A stretch of DNA of 64,000 nucleotides, taken from NCBI RefSeq assembly GCF_009914755.1, contig NC_060929.1; one strand, written 5' to 3'. The position numbers were made by a program, and so were the translations under genes. The notes under the pieces are model-generated. The model had not been told where the DNA came from, ran no database searches, and worked only from the letters and a program-made list of their open reading frames with translations. The number at the start of each line of letters is the position of its first letter. The stretch's first letter is position 1. Source of the stretch: the human T2T-CHM13v2.0 reference genome, Homo sapiens. This document shows positions 1 through 17,700 of this stretch, in pieces.

Positions 1-1009
1 GAGTTTTTAAGTTTTTCTGCCTGGCCCTATCAGTTATAGTCCTCCATTTGAATTGTTTTCTTAAAATTTCTTGAAGTCTCTCATGTGCTGATATTCTTCT
101 TCCCATTATGTTTGTTACTTAGGGTTTATGCTTTTAAATTTTTGAAATATTATTTTAATGTAGATTCAGGAGGAAGAAGAGATAACATGCTGTCTTGTAC
201 ACACTCTTTGATTTGTAGATTATTTAAGCCTAGAGGACTTTCTCTAGGCTGTATGTCCAGGTATGTCGTTAGCACTACCTAGCACAGAGCACTGTGTGAA
301 CAGAAAAGATTCATTTAACTTCTAATGAATCTCACACTTGTATGAGGAAGAGACTGTAAAATCAAATTGACAGTGATGAATTCTACTTGCTTATGATGGG
401 AACAGTATCCTTTAGGGTTGTAATTAAACAAAACCAGCTGATTAAATAAGAAAAGGAAATTATTGAAAAAATATTAGGTAGCTTCCAGAAGACTGAAAAA
501 TCAGACTTGGGAGACTTACAGGAACAGAGGGAGGCTGGGTACCTAGACTCCTAGCTTGAGGCCAGCTGCCTAACGAGGCTGGTGAGGACACTGCTGCCAT
601 TCCACTGAGCACGGCTGACACAGCCTGCACCAATGCAGGATGGTGCTTCTGGCAACTCTGCCACTCAAAACTGGCTGCTGCTTCTGCCAAAACAGTCTTC
701 CCTGACCATGCTTCCTTACACCACTAGCTTTTGAGTAAAAGTCCTTGGAGGGGTGTCTGATTACTCGAGCCTAAATCATGTGCCAGTGGAGGGTAGGAGA
801 GCATATAGTTGACATTTTCTGCTACTATACAGTAATGGGAAGTTCTGCTTCCCCTTAAGATTTGTATGGTAGGGAATTCCTCAAACAGGAAAGAAGTTCA
901 GAATCCAGGAAGGCAACAGGAATGACAAGTGTCCATGGCAGGGCATGTAGCCAATATCAGAACAAACAATCAGCATAACTCTTAAAAATATGAATGTTTA
1001 GTACCTTTA

Positions 1010-1395
<386 letters not shown>

Positions 1396-1610
1396 TCAGC
1401 TGTTAGTGAAAAGACAAATTCTGAAGAATTTGAAGGAAGAATCAATATTGATTGGTCCAGCTTTTTACTCAATGCAGAAATCCTTTCCCAAGGTCTATTC
1501 AACACAGCAATATTTGGGGAGCTTATTGAGATAAGGTTTTATTCCATCTCTGAACTGTTAGAAGTAGAATGTTAGAAATTTCTTACTTAGGTAAGATAAA
1601 ATCTTCCCCC

Positions 1611-1819
<209 letters not shown>

Positions 1820-1875
1820 TAGATCTGATGGCTCTAGTTATTCAGAATAGAATATAGTAGTTAAAAGTTTTGTGT

Positions 1876-2166
1876 GGCTGGGCACGGTGGCTCACACCTG
1901 TAATCCAGCACTTTGGGAGGCCGAGGCAGGTGGATCACCTGAGGTCAGGAGTTTGAGACCAGCCTGGCCAACACAGTGAAACCCCATTTCTACTAAAAAT
2001 ACAAACATTAGCCAAGCATGGTGGCACGCGCCTGTAGTCCCAGCTACTCGAGAGGCTGAGTCCGGAGAATCACTTGAACCCAGGAGGCGAGGTTGCAGTG
2101 ACCCAAGGTAGTGCCACAGCACTCCAGCCTGGGAGACAAAGTGAGACTCTGTCAAAAAAAAAAAAA
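1876..2166 (+). mobile_element. Alu (AluS-like) inserted in a MIR
   Basis: Dimer, poly(A), TSD AAAAGTTTTGT. Confidence 0.95.
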
Positions 2167-2169
2167 GTT

Positions 2170-2350
2170 TTGTCTACAGTCCGTATTTGTTTCTTACTAA
2201 CTGGGTGACCTAATTCTTGCTTTCTACATGTGGAAAATGAGGAGAATAAGAGCACCTACCCCTAAAGAATTATTGTGAGGAATAGTGCAATAATTAGCAG
2301 TTAGGTCAGTATCCGGCACATAGTGAGCATTCAATAATTAGTGACAATTA
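2170..2350 (+). mobile_element. MIR remnant
   Basis: CTGGGTGACC...TGTGGAAAATGAGGAGAATAAGAGCACCTACC...GGCACATAGTGAGCATTCAATAA resembles the MIR core and 3' end. Confidence 0.6.
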
Positions 2351-2528
2351 TCACTGATTAAATGATAATTATGATGATGATGACTGAGGAGAGCAAAGAT
2401 CACCTGGTGGCCATCAAGCAGACCATCCAGAGGCAAAACTCCTTAACTGAGGAATTCAGAAGTAATTAGACTTTCTTATTACCTAGAGCAGGGATCTAGT
2501 TCCAGACCTCTTTTCCACAATTTTTTAA

Positions 2529-2850
<322 letters not shown>

Positions 2851-3101
2851 AGTTACTAGAATTTCTATACATCTCCAGAATGCATGCATGTTGAGACTTG
2901 TTGTGCAACCCTTGCTAACACCAAAATGTCTACAAATGTAATGATTTGTCATGACCTAAATGGCTAATATGATTCAAATTACTCTTAAGCTCCCACTTTA
3001 AGGTCCATAAACACCCCTAAGGAAAAATCCACTGTGGCGTGCTCTGTCCTCTCTTGCTGAGGTGCCCTGCTGCACTTTCCTGCAGCATTCTTTCTATCTT
3101 G

Positions 3102-3804
3102 TGAGACTGCCATTGCAAAATTGTAACTGAGACAGTGAAAGAGATCTGACCTAACCAACTCCATCTTTCTTCTAATCACTAAGCTGTCTTTGTTCGTTCC
3201 TGGGTGTAAACTGAACTAACTTTGGGAGGAACTTAGTTTATACTTTATAGTTTAAAACAAAGATGATCACAGCTCTTTCCCAAAACAAACCTCCTTCTTG
3301 CCTGGGGATGAGACTGCCTTTGTAGGACTATCAAATTAAGCATAAGATTAGAAACTATGGTTTAGGGGTCATGCAGCTGGAGGCTATAAGTAAGATTCTG
3401 ACCCTCCCAAGACTATTCCTAAGATCAGTGCTTGAGATATTTTGCAGACCCTGCACTTAATGGATGAGCTGTCACCACCTAAATCCATAAACTGTCTCAT
3501 CTGATCTTGTGACCTCCACCCGGGAACTGACTCAGCACAAGAGGACAGCTTCAACTCCCTATGATTTCATCTCTGACCCAACCAACCAGCACTCTTGACT
3601 CACTGGCCATCCCCCACCCACCAAATTATCCTTAAAAACTCTGATCCCCAAATGCTCAGGGAGACTGATTTGAGTAATAATAAAACTCCGATCTCCTGCA
3701 CAGCTGGCTCTGTGTGAATTACTGTTTCTCTATTGCAGTTCCCCTGTCCTGATAAATTAGCTCTGTCTAGGCAGTGGGCAAGGTGAACCCATCAGGTGGT
3801 TATG
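3102..3804 (+). mobile_element. LTR8-like solo LTR nested in the host LTR
   Basis: Starts TGAGACTGCCATTGCAAAATTGTAACTGAGACAGTGAAAGAGATCTGACCTAACCAACTCCATC and ends GGGCAAGGTGAACCCATCAGGTGGTTA, matching the recalled LTR8 consensus. Confidence 0.8.
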
Positions 3805-3911
3805 CTAATAAAACTTTCCTTTTCAAACCTATACTGTTGTCAGTAAACTCTTCCCAACTCATGAGTCGACGACTTTCTAATGCTGGGACTCTGACACCTT
3901 GCCCAGCATCT

Positions 3912-3930
3912 TGGTAGTCTGTATGGGGAT
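3912..3930 (+). promoter_or_regulatory. Retroviral primer-binding site, tRNA-Ile type
   Basis: TGGTAGTCTGTATGGGGAT vs the complement of the tRNA-Ile 3' end TGGTGGCCCGTACGGGGAT (15/19, all transitions), 3 nt after the LTR CA. Confidence 0.7.
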
Positions 3931-5430
<1,500 letters not shown>

Positions 5431-5575
5431 CATGTTAAATACAAGTCTCATTCCTAGAAATATATGTACCTTTTACATGTAGTTTATATTTTTATCCCAA
5501 TCATCTATAAACTCTATAAGGGTAAGATATATGTCTATTTCTTCACAATTATATCTTGCTATTTAGTAATAGCAA

Positions 5576-5626
5576 ACACATGTGCACATGCGCACGCACA
5601 TACACACACGCACACTCACACACACA
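5576..5626. repeat. Imperfect (CA)n microsatellite
   Basis: Direct reading. Confidence 0.85.
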
Positions 5627-5832
5627 GAGTGGAAAATGCATCTTTTGGGTAACCTTAATTTTTACCTGCAAGCAAAAACTGGCTTTACCTTTTCAAATGT
5701 TGACCTTGCTTTTGGGAAGTGGTGTTATTTAGAATTCTGATTGGCACTTTAAAACAAACAAACCAACCTTATGGTGCTATATATTTTATTAAATTAATCT
5801 AATCCAGGTTTCTCAGCCATTACCAAACCTCA

Positions 5833-6139
<307 letters not shown>

Positions 6140-7014
6140 GTTAATGTTGCCTGGAGTTTCTATTGCCAAACGTTTGGAAATGTTGACTTAGAGATGGGAA
6201 TAAGTAGCCAGAAATTGCTTTTGTAGAATACCCCCTAATTTTGTTTTGGAAAGAGACTAAGTGTAGATGAGGACACTGAGAATGAGAGATATTTTGGACT
6301 GTATGGCCATTATTATGCAGATAATATTCAGCTTTATTCAGCCATACATCTCCCTTTCCTTTAGCCCAGATGGTGAAATGACTCATCTCTTCCACTGGCC
6401 AGCAAAACAAGGGAGACAGAAGAGGAGCTGTTATAATCCAGATAAAAAATGATGTTTCAGAGGCAACGGGAAAATATTTCTATGCAACGATGGTAGTACA
6501 TTGATAGCGCTTGTTAATACTTTGTATTCCTTTTCAGATTCACAGCTTGAGTTTCACATTGCTTCCAGATTCCCAAGAGTAGTTCTGACCAAGAATTCTT
6601 TTTATCTTTCTCATGTATGTAAATTGTAAACATTTTTGGCTTTCAAATAATTTATTTTGGTCACTTCTTTTTGTGAAGATGAAAGATTATCCTTCAAACA
6701 TGTGACTTTTTTTGTTACTTTCCTTGAAAATCACCTAGCAATTTTATATGAAGTATGTTCTAATTTACAAATGTGACTAGGATTAAAGTATAGGTCCTTC
6801 AGTGAATAACTGGGAAAAATGCCTACTGGATAGGAAGGACAATGAGATAGAAAATTACGGGGTCTGATAGACAAAAATAAACAGTAGGAGGAATAGAGTT
6901 TTATGTATGTCTCTTTCTGTGGTTGTCATTAGGTGAGGTTATGGTTATGGTAAGTCTGTGTGTAGGGGCTTTCAGGTATGTAGTCGCAGAAAGTTTTGTA
7001 CTTCTTTCTTTTTA

Positions 7015-7456
7015 AAAAAATTATTTTATTTTATTTTATCTGGAGTACACCTGCAGGACGTTCAGGTTTGTTACATAGGTAAATGTGTGCCATGGTGATT
7101 TGCTGCACCTATCAACCCATCACCTAGGTATTAAGCCTAGCATGCATTAACTATTTTTCCTGATGCTCTCCACCCCAAATCACCCTCCCCCAACAGGCCC
7201 CAGTGTGTGTTGTTCCCCTTCCTGTGTCCATGTGTCCTCATTGTTCAGCTCCCACTTATAAGTGAGAACATGCGGTCTTTGGTTTTCTGTTCCAGTGTTA
7301 GTTTGCTGAGGATAATGGCTTCCAGCTTCATCCATGTCCCTGCAAAGGACATGATCTCATTCCTTTGTATGGCTTCACTACATAGTATTCTATGGTGTAT
7401 ATGTACCACATTTTCTTTATCCAGTCTATCATTGATGGGCATTTGGGTTGATTCCT
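7015..7456 (-). mobile_element. 5'-truncated older L1PA 3' end
   Basis: ORF2 C-terminus (MSFAGTWMKLEAIILSKL) plus L1 3' UTR and T-rich tail. Confidence 0.85.
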
Positions 7457-8473
7457 TGTAGTCGTTGAAGAAGTCATTGATTTCTAGGAAAGTACTAGAG
7501 TTTGTCACTAACCAGAATTTCAGTTTCTAATACAAGAAAGAGTTTGAAATATTAACAGACAGGTAAGATTTGTTCGTAGCTATTAGTGGCATAGTTGTAC
7601 CTCTGAATCTAACTTCTGATTCCATTTGCTAATAAAGCCATCAACCTGAATTTCCTTAATGACAGTTCAAACCATATTATTCCTCTATTCTAAAATGTTT
7701 GATAACTGCCCATTCACTCTAACATTGGGAAAAATCTTTCCCCTGGGCATTATGGGACATTTCCTGTTGTTATCCTGTGAGGGCTATTTATGTGTACTAT
7801 GCTAGCCAAGCTAAACTTGTCTATAGAATATATAATTTATTAGGATTCCACTACAAACTTGCTGACACTGCTCTTGTCACCCAAAATGCCTTTCTCCAGT
7901 ATAGTGGGAATTTCTGTTTTGTACCTGCCTGACATATATTTTCTCTTCTTCTAGTAATAATGTCTAGATTTTCCATTGAGGATGAACCTCCTCCCATTGC
8001 AAACAATTTTGGTTGGTATCTCAGTCAAGGTGTTCATTCCACCCCTGCCTGGTATATAAAAGTGGATCCATTACACAAGATAAGCCAGTCCGATTCTCTC
8101 TCTCCCTAGAATTTGAATCTTGAGCAGCATAATAATACAAACAGTTTCAGCTGATTCATCAAGATAGTCGTGTTTATTAAAAGAGATTGCCAATTATCTT
8201 CTACTTTCTAGATCCCAGATTTCACATCCTTTCCAACACAAAATTATTCAGCTTTTCTGTAATCCAATGAGCTAAGCCTTTATACACCTAACAAGTTCTG
8301 TATCTGCTTCAGTTAGAGATACTTTCTGTTGCTTGTAAACAAAGAATACTGATGGACCCTGTGGTAGGCAGAATAACAGCTCCCTAAAGACTCCACATCC
8401 TAATCCCCAGAACCTATGAATATGTTATGCTACATGGCAAGGGAGAATTAAAGTTGCAGATAAAATTAGTTTG

Positions 8474-8781
<308 letters not shown>

Positions 8782-8784
8782 TTA

Positions 8785-9404
<620 letters not shown>

Positions 9405-11622
9405 TCACTAAGTTTGTGGTAGTTTGTTAAAGCAGCAATAGGAAAATACTACAGATCCACAAAATATGACTGCATAAATCCTACATTTCCTTCAAAGCAA
9501 ATACCACTTTCTCCCTGAAGGCTTTTATTTTTTATTATTTTTAATTATGAAATATTCCAAAACTTAAGAAACTTTAGATAAATTTATCATTAATACATAT
9601 GTTTGCCACCCAGTTTTGTCAAATTATGAAATTTGTAATATTAGTTTTAGTATTTTAAAAAGTAAATAAAACATAACAAATATAGTTTCTTGAGTAGTTT
9701 TCTTGATCTTATTTCCCTTCTAATTTCCCTAGATTTAACTCCTAACCTGAATTTGTCATTCCTGTGCATAGTTTTATAATTTATTTTAAATTTATTATAA
9801 TTACAATGATAATTTTATAATTTAGTTATTCATACATAAAGAATATATATTTTTCACATTTTCAAATTTATATAAATGATACAGTTTCATATAAATCATT
9901 CAGCAACTTATTTTCACTGAAAATTGTTTTAAAATATTATGCATATAAAATATGTAAATCTAATTTATTTCTACTAATTTTGGTATCTAGTAGTGTATAA
10001 GCTAAGTAGCAGTAACAAAATCCCTCAAAATAGAGTGTTTAAACCAGATAAAAGTTTTCTTTCTTATGTAATAGTCCGGCAGTGGATAGTGCAGGGTATT
10101 CTGCCATCCTCAACATATGGTTTCCATCTGAGGGATGAAGATGGTTCTGCTCTAGCTCTTCCCATTTCCTGACATGAAGAGGGAAAGGATAAGAATAAGA
10201 GTCTCTTTCTTTTTTAGCATGACTAGGAAGTGACATATATCTCTTCAGGTCACACCTCATTGCCAGAACTTAATCATGAAATTACACCCAGCTATATGGA
10301 AGCTAGAGAATGGAATGTGACTTTTGGCAAGGCAGCAAAATGCCCAACAATAATTTGAAATTTCTGTTATTAAAGAAAGCAGGGAAAATTTTGACACTCC
10401 TCTTTCAGTAAGATAGGCCTAGTAGTCAGAAAATCATCAAGAACAGAGAGAACCTGAATATTATCAACCAACCGAATCTGGTTGACATGTATAATGCATT
10501 TCACCCAACAACCGCAGAATGCACATTCTTTTGAAATACACGAACATTTACTAAGATAGACTTGATTCTGGGTCATAAAATAACTTTAACAAATGTAAAT
10601 AATTGAAGTCATGGAAAATATATTCTCTGATTATAATGGAATTAAGCTAGAAAGTAATTTAAAAAACAGAAAAATCTTCAAACACTCCTAAATAATCCAT
10701 CAGTCAAAAAATAATTCTCAAGGGGAATAAAAAATATTGAACTAAATAAAAATGAAAACACAACCTAGTAAAATCTGTGAGATGCAGCTAAAGTAGTGCC
10801 TAGAGGGAAATTTATAGTATTAAATACTTACGTAAGAAAAGTTTCAACTGAATAATCCAAGCTCTCACCTCAAGAAAGAAAAGAACAAAGTAACCCAAGA
10901 CAATCAGGAGGAAGTAAATAATAAATTTAAGGCCAGTAATTATGAGACTGAAAGCATAAAAAGAGTAAATAAAATCAATTAAAATAAAAGCTGTTGTTTG
11001 AGAAGATTTTTAAAATTGATAAACTTCTAGCAAGACTGAGAAAGAAAACAGAGGAGGCAACAATTACCTATTTCAAGAATGCAAGAGGGAATATAACTAC
11101 AGACCCTGTAGAAATTAAAAGGATAATAAAGATCCACTACAAAAAACTCTACATACATAAATTCAACAACTTAGATAAAATGGAAAAATTCCTTGAAAAC
11201 CATAAGATGAAGTATATAATCTGAGTAGTCCCATAACTACTAAATAAATTGAATTTATAGTTAAAGACCTTCCAAAAAACTTTATGCTCAGATGTTTTCA
11301 CTGGCAAAATCTCCCAAACACATAAAGAAGAAACAACACTAATTCTACACGATCTCTTCCAGGAAAATAGAATAGTAGGGAACACTTCCCAACTTATTTC
11401 AAGGAGCCAATATTACTCAGATATCAAAACCAGACAAATACATCACAAAAAAGAAGACTGCATGTCACTTGTATTTATGGGTATAGACATAAACATTCTC
11501 AACAAATTACTAGCAAACCACATTCAGCAACATATAAAAAATGATATATTTGGCTATATACCATAGCCAAATGGGGTTTATCAAAGACATGCAGGGTTGG
11601 TTTAACACCTAAAAGTTAATTA

Positions 11623-12240
<618 letters not shown>

Positions 12241-12885
12241 TAATTAATGTAATATACCATGTCAATAGAATAAAGCACAGAAATCACATGATCCTTTCAA
12301 TAGATGCAGAAAACTCAGATTTTCAGAAAAATAATGAATAGAATTGGCAATGATAAAGGTTTGGATAAAGCCTGAAGGCTGCATTTGCCTTTTTTTCCCT
12401 TAAGTTTTTATTAAATTTTAAAGAGATAATTTCAGGGTTTATCATATATGTAGATCTAATATATAACAACTCTGGCTTACTAAAAGGAGAGTGAAAGTAG
12501 AACAATAAAGTTGCAAGAAAATAAGATTTTACAAGAAATCGTACATTATTAACTATGGGTGAACTGTGAGAGGTTAAGGGTATATATTATAATCCACAAA
12601 ATATCAATTATAAAATAATTCAAAAAAGTATATCTTAAAAGCCAACTGAAAAATTAAAGCAGAATTCTAAAGAAAACTAATATATTAAAATTAATAAAAG
12701 AAAAATAGAAGAACAGCAAAAGAGATAAGTAGAAAGTAAAAAATAAAATACTAGACCCAAACCCATGTATATTAATAATTACATTAATCATTAATGGACT
12801 AACCCATTATTTAAAAGGCAGAACTTGTCATAATTAATAAAGTAACAGATTCCAAATATAAACTGTCTACAAGAGATGCACTTTA

Positions 12886-13172
12886 GGCTGGGCGCAGTGG
12901 CTCACTCCTGTAATCTCAGCACTTTGGGAGGCTGAGGTGGGTGGATCACTTAAGGTCAGGAGTTTGAGACTAGCCTGGCCAACAAGGTGAAACCCCATCT
13001 TTACCAAAAATACAAAAATTAGCCTGGCATGGTGGCAGGTGCCCGTAATCCTAGCTACTCTGGAGGCTGAGGCAAGAGAATCGTTTGAGCCGGGGGGTGG
13101 AGGTTGCAGTGAGCCAAGATCGTGCCAATGCTCTCCAGCCTGGGCAAAAGAGACTCTGCCTAAAAAAAAAAA
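12886..13172 (+). mobile_element. Alu (AluS-like)
   Basis: Dimer; TSD ATGCACTTTA. Confidence 0.93.
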
Positions 13173-13753
13173 TGCACTTTAAACAGAAGGATACAGAGAA
13201 GTTGAAAGTAAATGAATGGAAAAGATATACCATGTAAAGAGTAAGCATAAGAATGGAGTGGTTATGTTGATGTCAGATTACATAGATTTAATAACAGAAT
13301 ATATTATTGGAGAAAAGGAAGGATATTTCATAAAGTCAAAAATGTCAATTTATCGGGAAGGTATAAAAAACATAAGCATTAGGGCCCAATAACAGAACTT
13401 CAAATATATGAGGTGAGAGATGCAAGAATTAAAAGGAGAAATAGATAATTCCACAATGATAATGAATGAATTATAATACCTCCTTCTCAAATTTTAGAAC
13501 AACTTGACAAAAATCAACAGAGGCATAGAAGACCTGAGCACTATCAACCATCCTAACTTAGTTGATATTTTGAGAACACTATACCCACTAAAAGTAGAAT
13601 ATACATTCTTTTCAAGTGTACGTGGCAAGTTTCCCAGAATAGATCATATTATGTGCCATAAAAGTAGTCTCAATGAATTTAAAAAGATTACACACATACA
13701 GAGTATGTTTTCTGATTAAAGTGGAGTTCAATTAAATTTAAAATAAGTTGACA

Positions 13754-14066
13754 GGCCAGGCACCGTGGCTCACACCTTAATCCCAGCACTTTGGGAGGCT
13801 GAGGTGGGAGGATCACCTGAGGTCAGGAGTCCGAGACCAGCCCGGTGAACATGGTGAAACCCCATCTCTACTAAAAATACAAAAATTAGCCAGGCATGGT
13901 GGTGCATGCCTGTAATCCCAGCTACTCAGGAGGCTGAGGCAAGAGAATCACTTGACCCAGGAGGTGGAGGTTGCAGTGAGTAGAGATTGTGCCACTGCAC
14001 TCCTGACTGGGTGACAGAGCCAGATTCTGTCTCAAAAAATAAAATAAAATAAAATAAAATAAAATA
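13754..14066 (+). mobile_element. Alu (AluS-like) with (TAAAA)n tail
   Basis: Dimer; TSD AAAATAAGTTGACA. Confidence 0.95.
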
Positions 14067-16149
14067 AGTTGACAAAGAAAATCCCAACTTTTGGAAGCTG
14101 AACACCATACTTCTAAAGTACAAAAAAGTTAGAGATGTATTCTAAACTTAATAATAAAAATAGGATATATTAAAAAGTCTGATACTCAGCCAAAGCTGTT
14201 TTTTAGAGGGAACTGTATAGCATTAAATATTTATATTCAAAAAGAAGAAACATCTCAAACCAATTATCAAGAAAAAACTTCCAGCTTCAGAAAATAAAAA
14301 AAATGGAAGAGGAAATTGAACAAAAAGCAAGTAGAACAAAGGAAATAATAAGGGAATTGAAATCAATAAAATAGAAAATGGTAAAATGAGAAACCCAATG
14401 AAACAAAAAACGATTTCTTTAAAGAATAAATACAATTGATAATGCTCTTGCCAGAATTATCAAGATAAAAAGAAAGACATAAATTATGGATAGCAATAAG
14501 AGAGAGTTATTATTATAGATCATAGATCCCACAGACATTTAATATATATTATGGTTATCTTATGAAGACTGTTATAATACTTTAATAAATTTGGCAATCT
14601 AGATGGAATATACAAATATCTTAAAAGAAGCACTGTCATTAAATTCAAATTACTTAAAATATAAAACTTTCCCAAACAGGAATAGAAAACTTAAGCAGCT
14701 CTATATCAGTGAAATAAATTGAATTCATAATTTAAAATTTTACCCCAAAGAAAACTTCATGTCAGATTAGTCACTGGTAAATTCTATCAAACAGTTAAGG
14801 AAGAATTCATACCAATTCCACACAAATTCTTTTTGAAAGTAGAAGAGTATGAAGCCAAAAAAGTATGAAGTATGAAGCCAAAATTACTTTGATGTCAAAA
14901 CCAAAGAATAGAACTATGGAGAAAAATATCTTGTAAACAGAAATAAACATCCTCAGCAAAGTATTATCAAATCAAATCTAACAACATATAAAAAGAACAA
15001 TGCATTATGACCAAGTAGGTTTATTTGGAAAATGCACGGTTGGTTAAACATCTGAAAATCAATCAATGTAATTCACTGTGTTATTAAAATAAAAGGAAAA
15101 AGCCACAAAATCATCTCAACAGACACCAAAACATTTTTTAAAATTCAAGACTATTTTATGATTAAAAACTTGCAACAAATTGAGAATAGAAGAGGCTTTC
15201 CTCACATTAACTAAGGTCACTTATAAAAAACCCTACAGTTAACATCATTATCAGTGGAAAACAGCCCAATTCTTTGTATCTACAATTAGGAACAAACCAA
15301 GTTATGTCCATTCTTACTACTTTAACATTGCACTGAACAGCCTAGCTGATATAATACAAAAAGAAAAACAGGGTTAAAAACTGTAGAAATTGAAATGGAA
15401 AAAGTTAAACTGTCCTCATTTGCAGATGACTTGATTGTACATGTAAAAAACCCTTAGGAGTTTACAAACAAGGTACTAGAATTATTACAAGAATTTAAGA
15501 TTTGCAGAATACAAAATCAATATTTGTAAATTGGATTTCTATATACTAGCAAACAATAAGCAATGAACAAAAAATTTTAAAACTCCATTTACAATAGAAT
15601 TTAAAATATTATGGAATAAAGTTAATGAAAGCCATGCAAGCCTTGTACATTGAAAACCATAGAACATTGCAAAGCTAACTTAAAAAGACCTAAATAAATG
15701 CAGAACTCTAATTATGTTTACAGAGTGTAAGACCCAATATTGTTAAGATGACAACCTTCCCCAGGTGATCTATATCTTCAGTTTCATCCCAATCATAATT
15801 CTAATTGGCTTTTTATTTTTGAAGAAAATGAAAAATTGATTTAAAAACTCATATAGATTTATACATAAGAAATGAAACTATACAAATACTGGAAGAAAAT
15901 ATGTGTGAATCACTTTTTAGCATCAGTATTTACAAAAGCTTTCTGTGAGTCAAAATGCAGTAACAGGAAAGATTGATATATTTTATTAGGTGAATATAAA
16001 ATGTTTACATATTAGAAACATCACAAATAACCTTAAAAGATAACTGACACACTAGATAAAACATATAGGAGAGATAAAGGGCTTATCTCTCAAATATAAA
16101 AATCACTCTTTCTGTAAAATAGAAGGGAAAACACACCAGTATCAAAAAG

Positions 16150-17295
16150 CACACTTAATACCCAGATCGTGGTTTCTAATACCATTCTCCAACGAAAGAA
16201 ACCAGGGCTCCTTGGAGAAACGGCTGACTCTACCACTTGGGCAAGTACTATACAAGATGAGCCGGGAGCATCTTATAATACCACAAAGTACGGGAATGCT
16301 GCACACACACACACGCCTCACCCCCCAAGCAAAACCTGAAACCCATATTGATGAGGGTGTGTCAAAGGTGCATAGGAGCCAACTTGAGAGAGTTCTTACT
16401 GGCTGAAGCTGAATCAGTTTGAGCAACAAAATAAATAAAAGGGTATTGGATTTGGATTATAGCCTAGGACAAAATACATATTCATGAGTCTATACTGATA
16501 CAAATAAATGATTGAATAAAGTAATAAATGGATGAGAAGGAGCAAATCTTCTGTACAGAAGAATTTCAAATAATTTATTTAGCTACTTCACCCTCAAGGA
16601 GATGGAACATAATTCCCCACCCTGAAAGCGTGGGCTGTGCATAGAGACTTCATTTCAAAGAGTACAGTATAAAAGAAATGGGAAGAAGTAATTTTACAGT
16701 AGTTCTCTACTGACAAACACTACCTAAGCCAGGTTATTGAGGTTAACATCGATATTCATAAATCACTTGTTGGTAGAATGTACCCTATGATGTGATGAGA
16801 GTGGCTCTCTACCTGTGAGGTCTTGCCCCACACAACCAATAACCCCAGTCTTAGAATAAGAAAAACAACAGACAAATTCTAATCGTGCAGCATCCTACAA
16901 AATACCTGACCAGTTCCTCCAAACTGTCAAGATCATCAAAAAGAAGCAAAGTCTGAGAAACTACACAGCCAAGAGGGGCTTAAGTAGATACACCTCTAAA
17001 ATGCTATATTGTATCCCAGATGTGATCCTAGAACAGAAAAATAATTAGGTAAAAACTAAGGAAATTCAGATAAACTATGGACTTTATAACATTAATATAT
17101 TAATAATAATGTATCAATACTGGCTCCTTAATTGTAAACTATGTGCCATACTAATGTAAAATGTTAATAATAGGGAAAACTGGGTGTAGGGTATATGGTA
17201 ACTCTCTGTAGTATCTTCTCAAGGTTTCCATAAACCTAAAATTGTTCTAAAACATCTATTTCTAATTCTATTTTGAAAATTAAATAAAATAAAAA
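16150..17295 (+). mobile_element. L1MC-like 3' end
   Basis: TTCTAATACCATTCTCCAA...CCAGGGCTCCTTGGAGAAA and A-rich end resemble the L1MC3/4 3' UTR. Confidence 0.6.
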
Positions 17296-17552
17296 ACAGG
17301 GGGAAGAGGATAACTAATCATTAGAAAAATGGGAAAAAGACAGAAATAGACAACTCACAAAGAAGATATAAAAATTGCCCTTAAATATCTGAAAAGATCT
17401 TCAGTTTCACTCATAATTAGAGAAATGCAAATTAAAACCTTTATTTTGTCTTTGCAAAACCTTTTCTATTTTGGAAACAGCACCCTCTTTTGTTGAAAAG
17501 GTGCTCTCTCACCCCACTTGATCCCTCTGGTTCTAGTTAAAACTATCAGTTG

Positions 17553-17700
17553 TGCCAGGCAGAGTGGCTCATGCCTGTAATCCTACCACTCTGGGAGTCT
17601 GAGGTGGGAGGATCACTTGGGGCCAGGAGTCTGAGGCTGCAGTGAGCCATGTGCTCCAGCCTGGGCGACAGAGTGAGACTCTGTCTCAAAAAAATTAAAT
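17553..17700 (+). mobile_element. Monomeric Alu (FAM-like or left/right arm recombinant)
   Basis: Left-arm start fused to right-arm end; TSD AAAACTATCAGT. Confidence 0.85.

Larger units (their letters stand above)
12520..16140 (+). mobile_element. Second old L1 (L1M-type) ORF2 fragment, EN through RT
   Basis: EYTFFSSVRGKFPRIDH peptide; TTTGCAGATGACTTGATTG (FADD motif) near 15420. Confidence 0.75.
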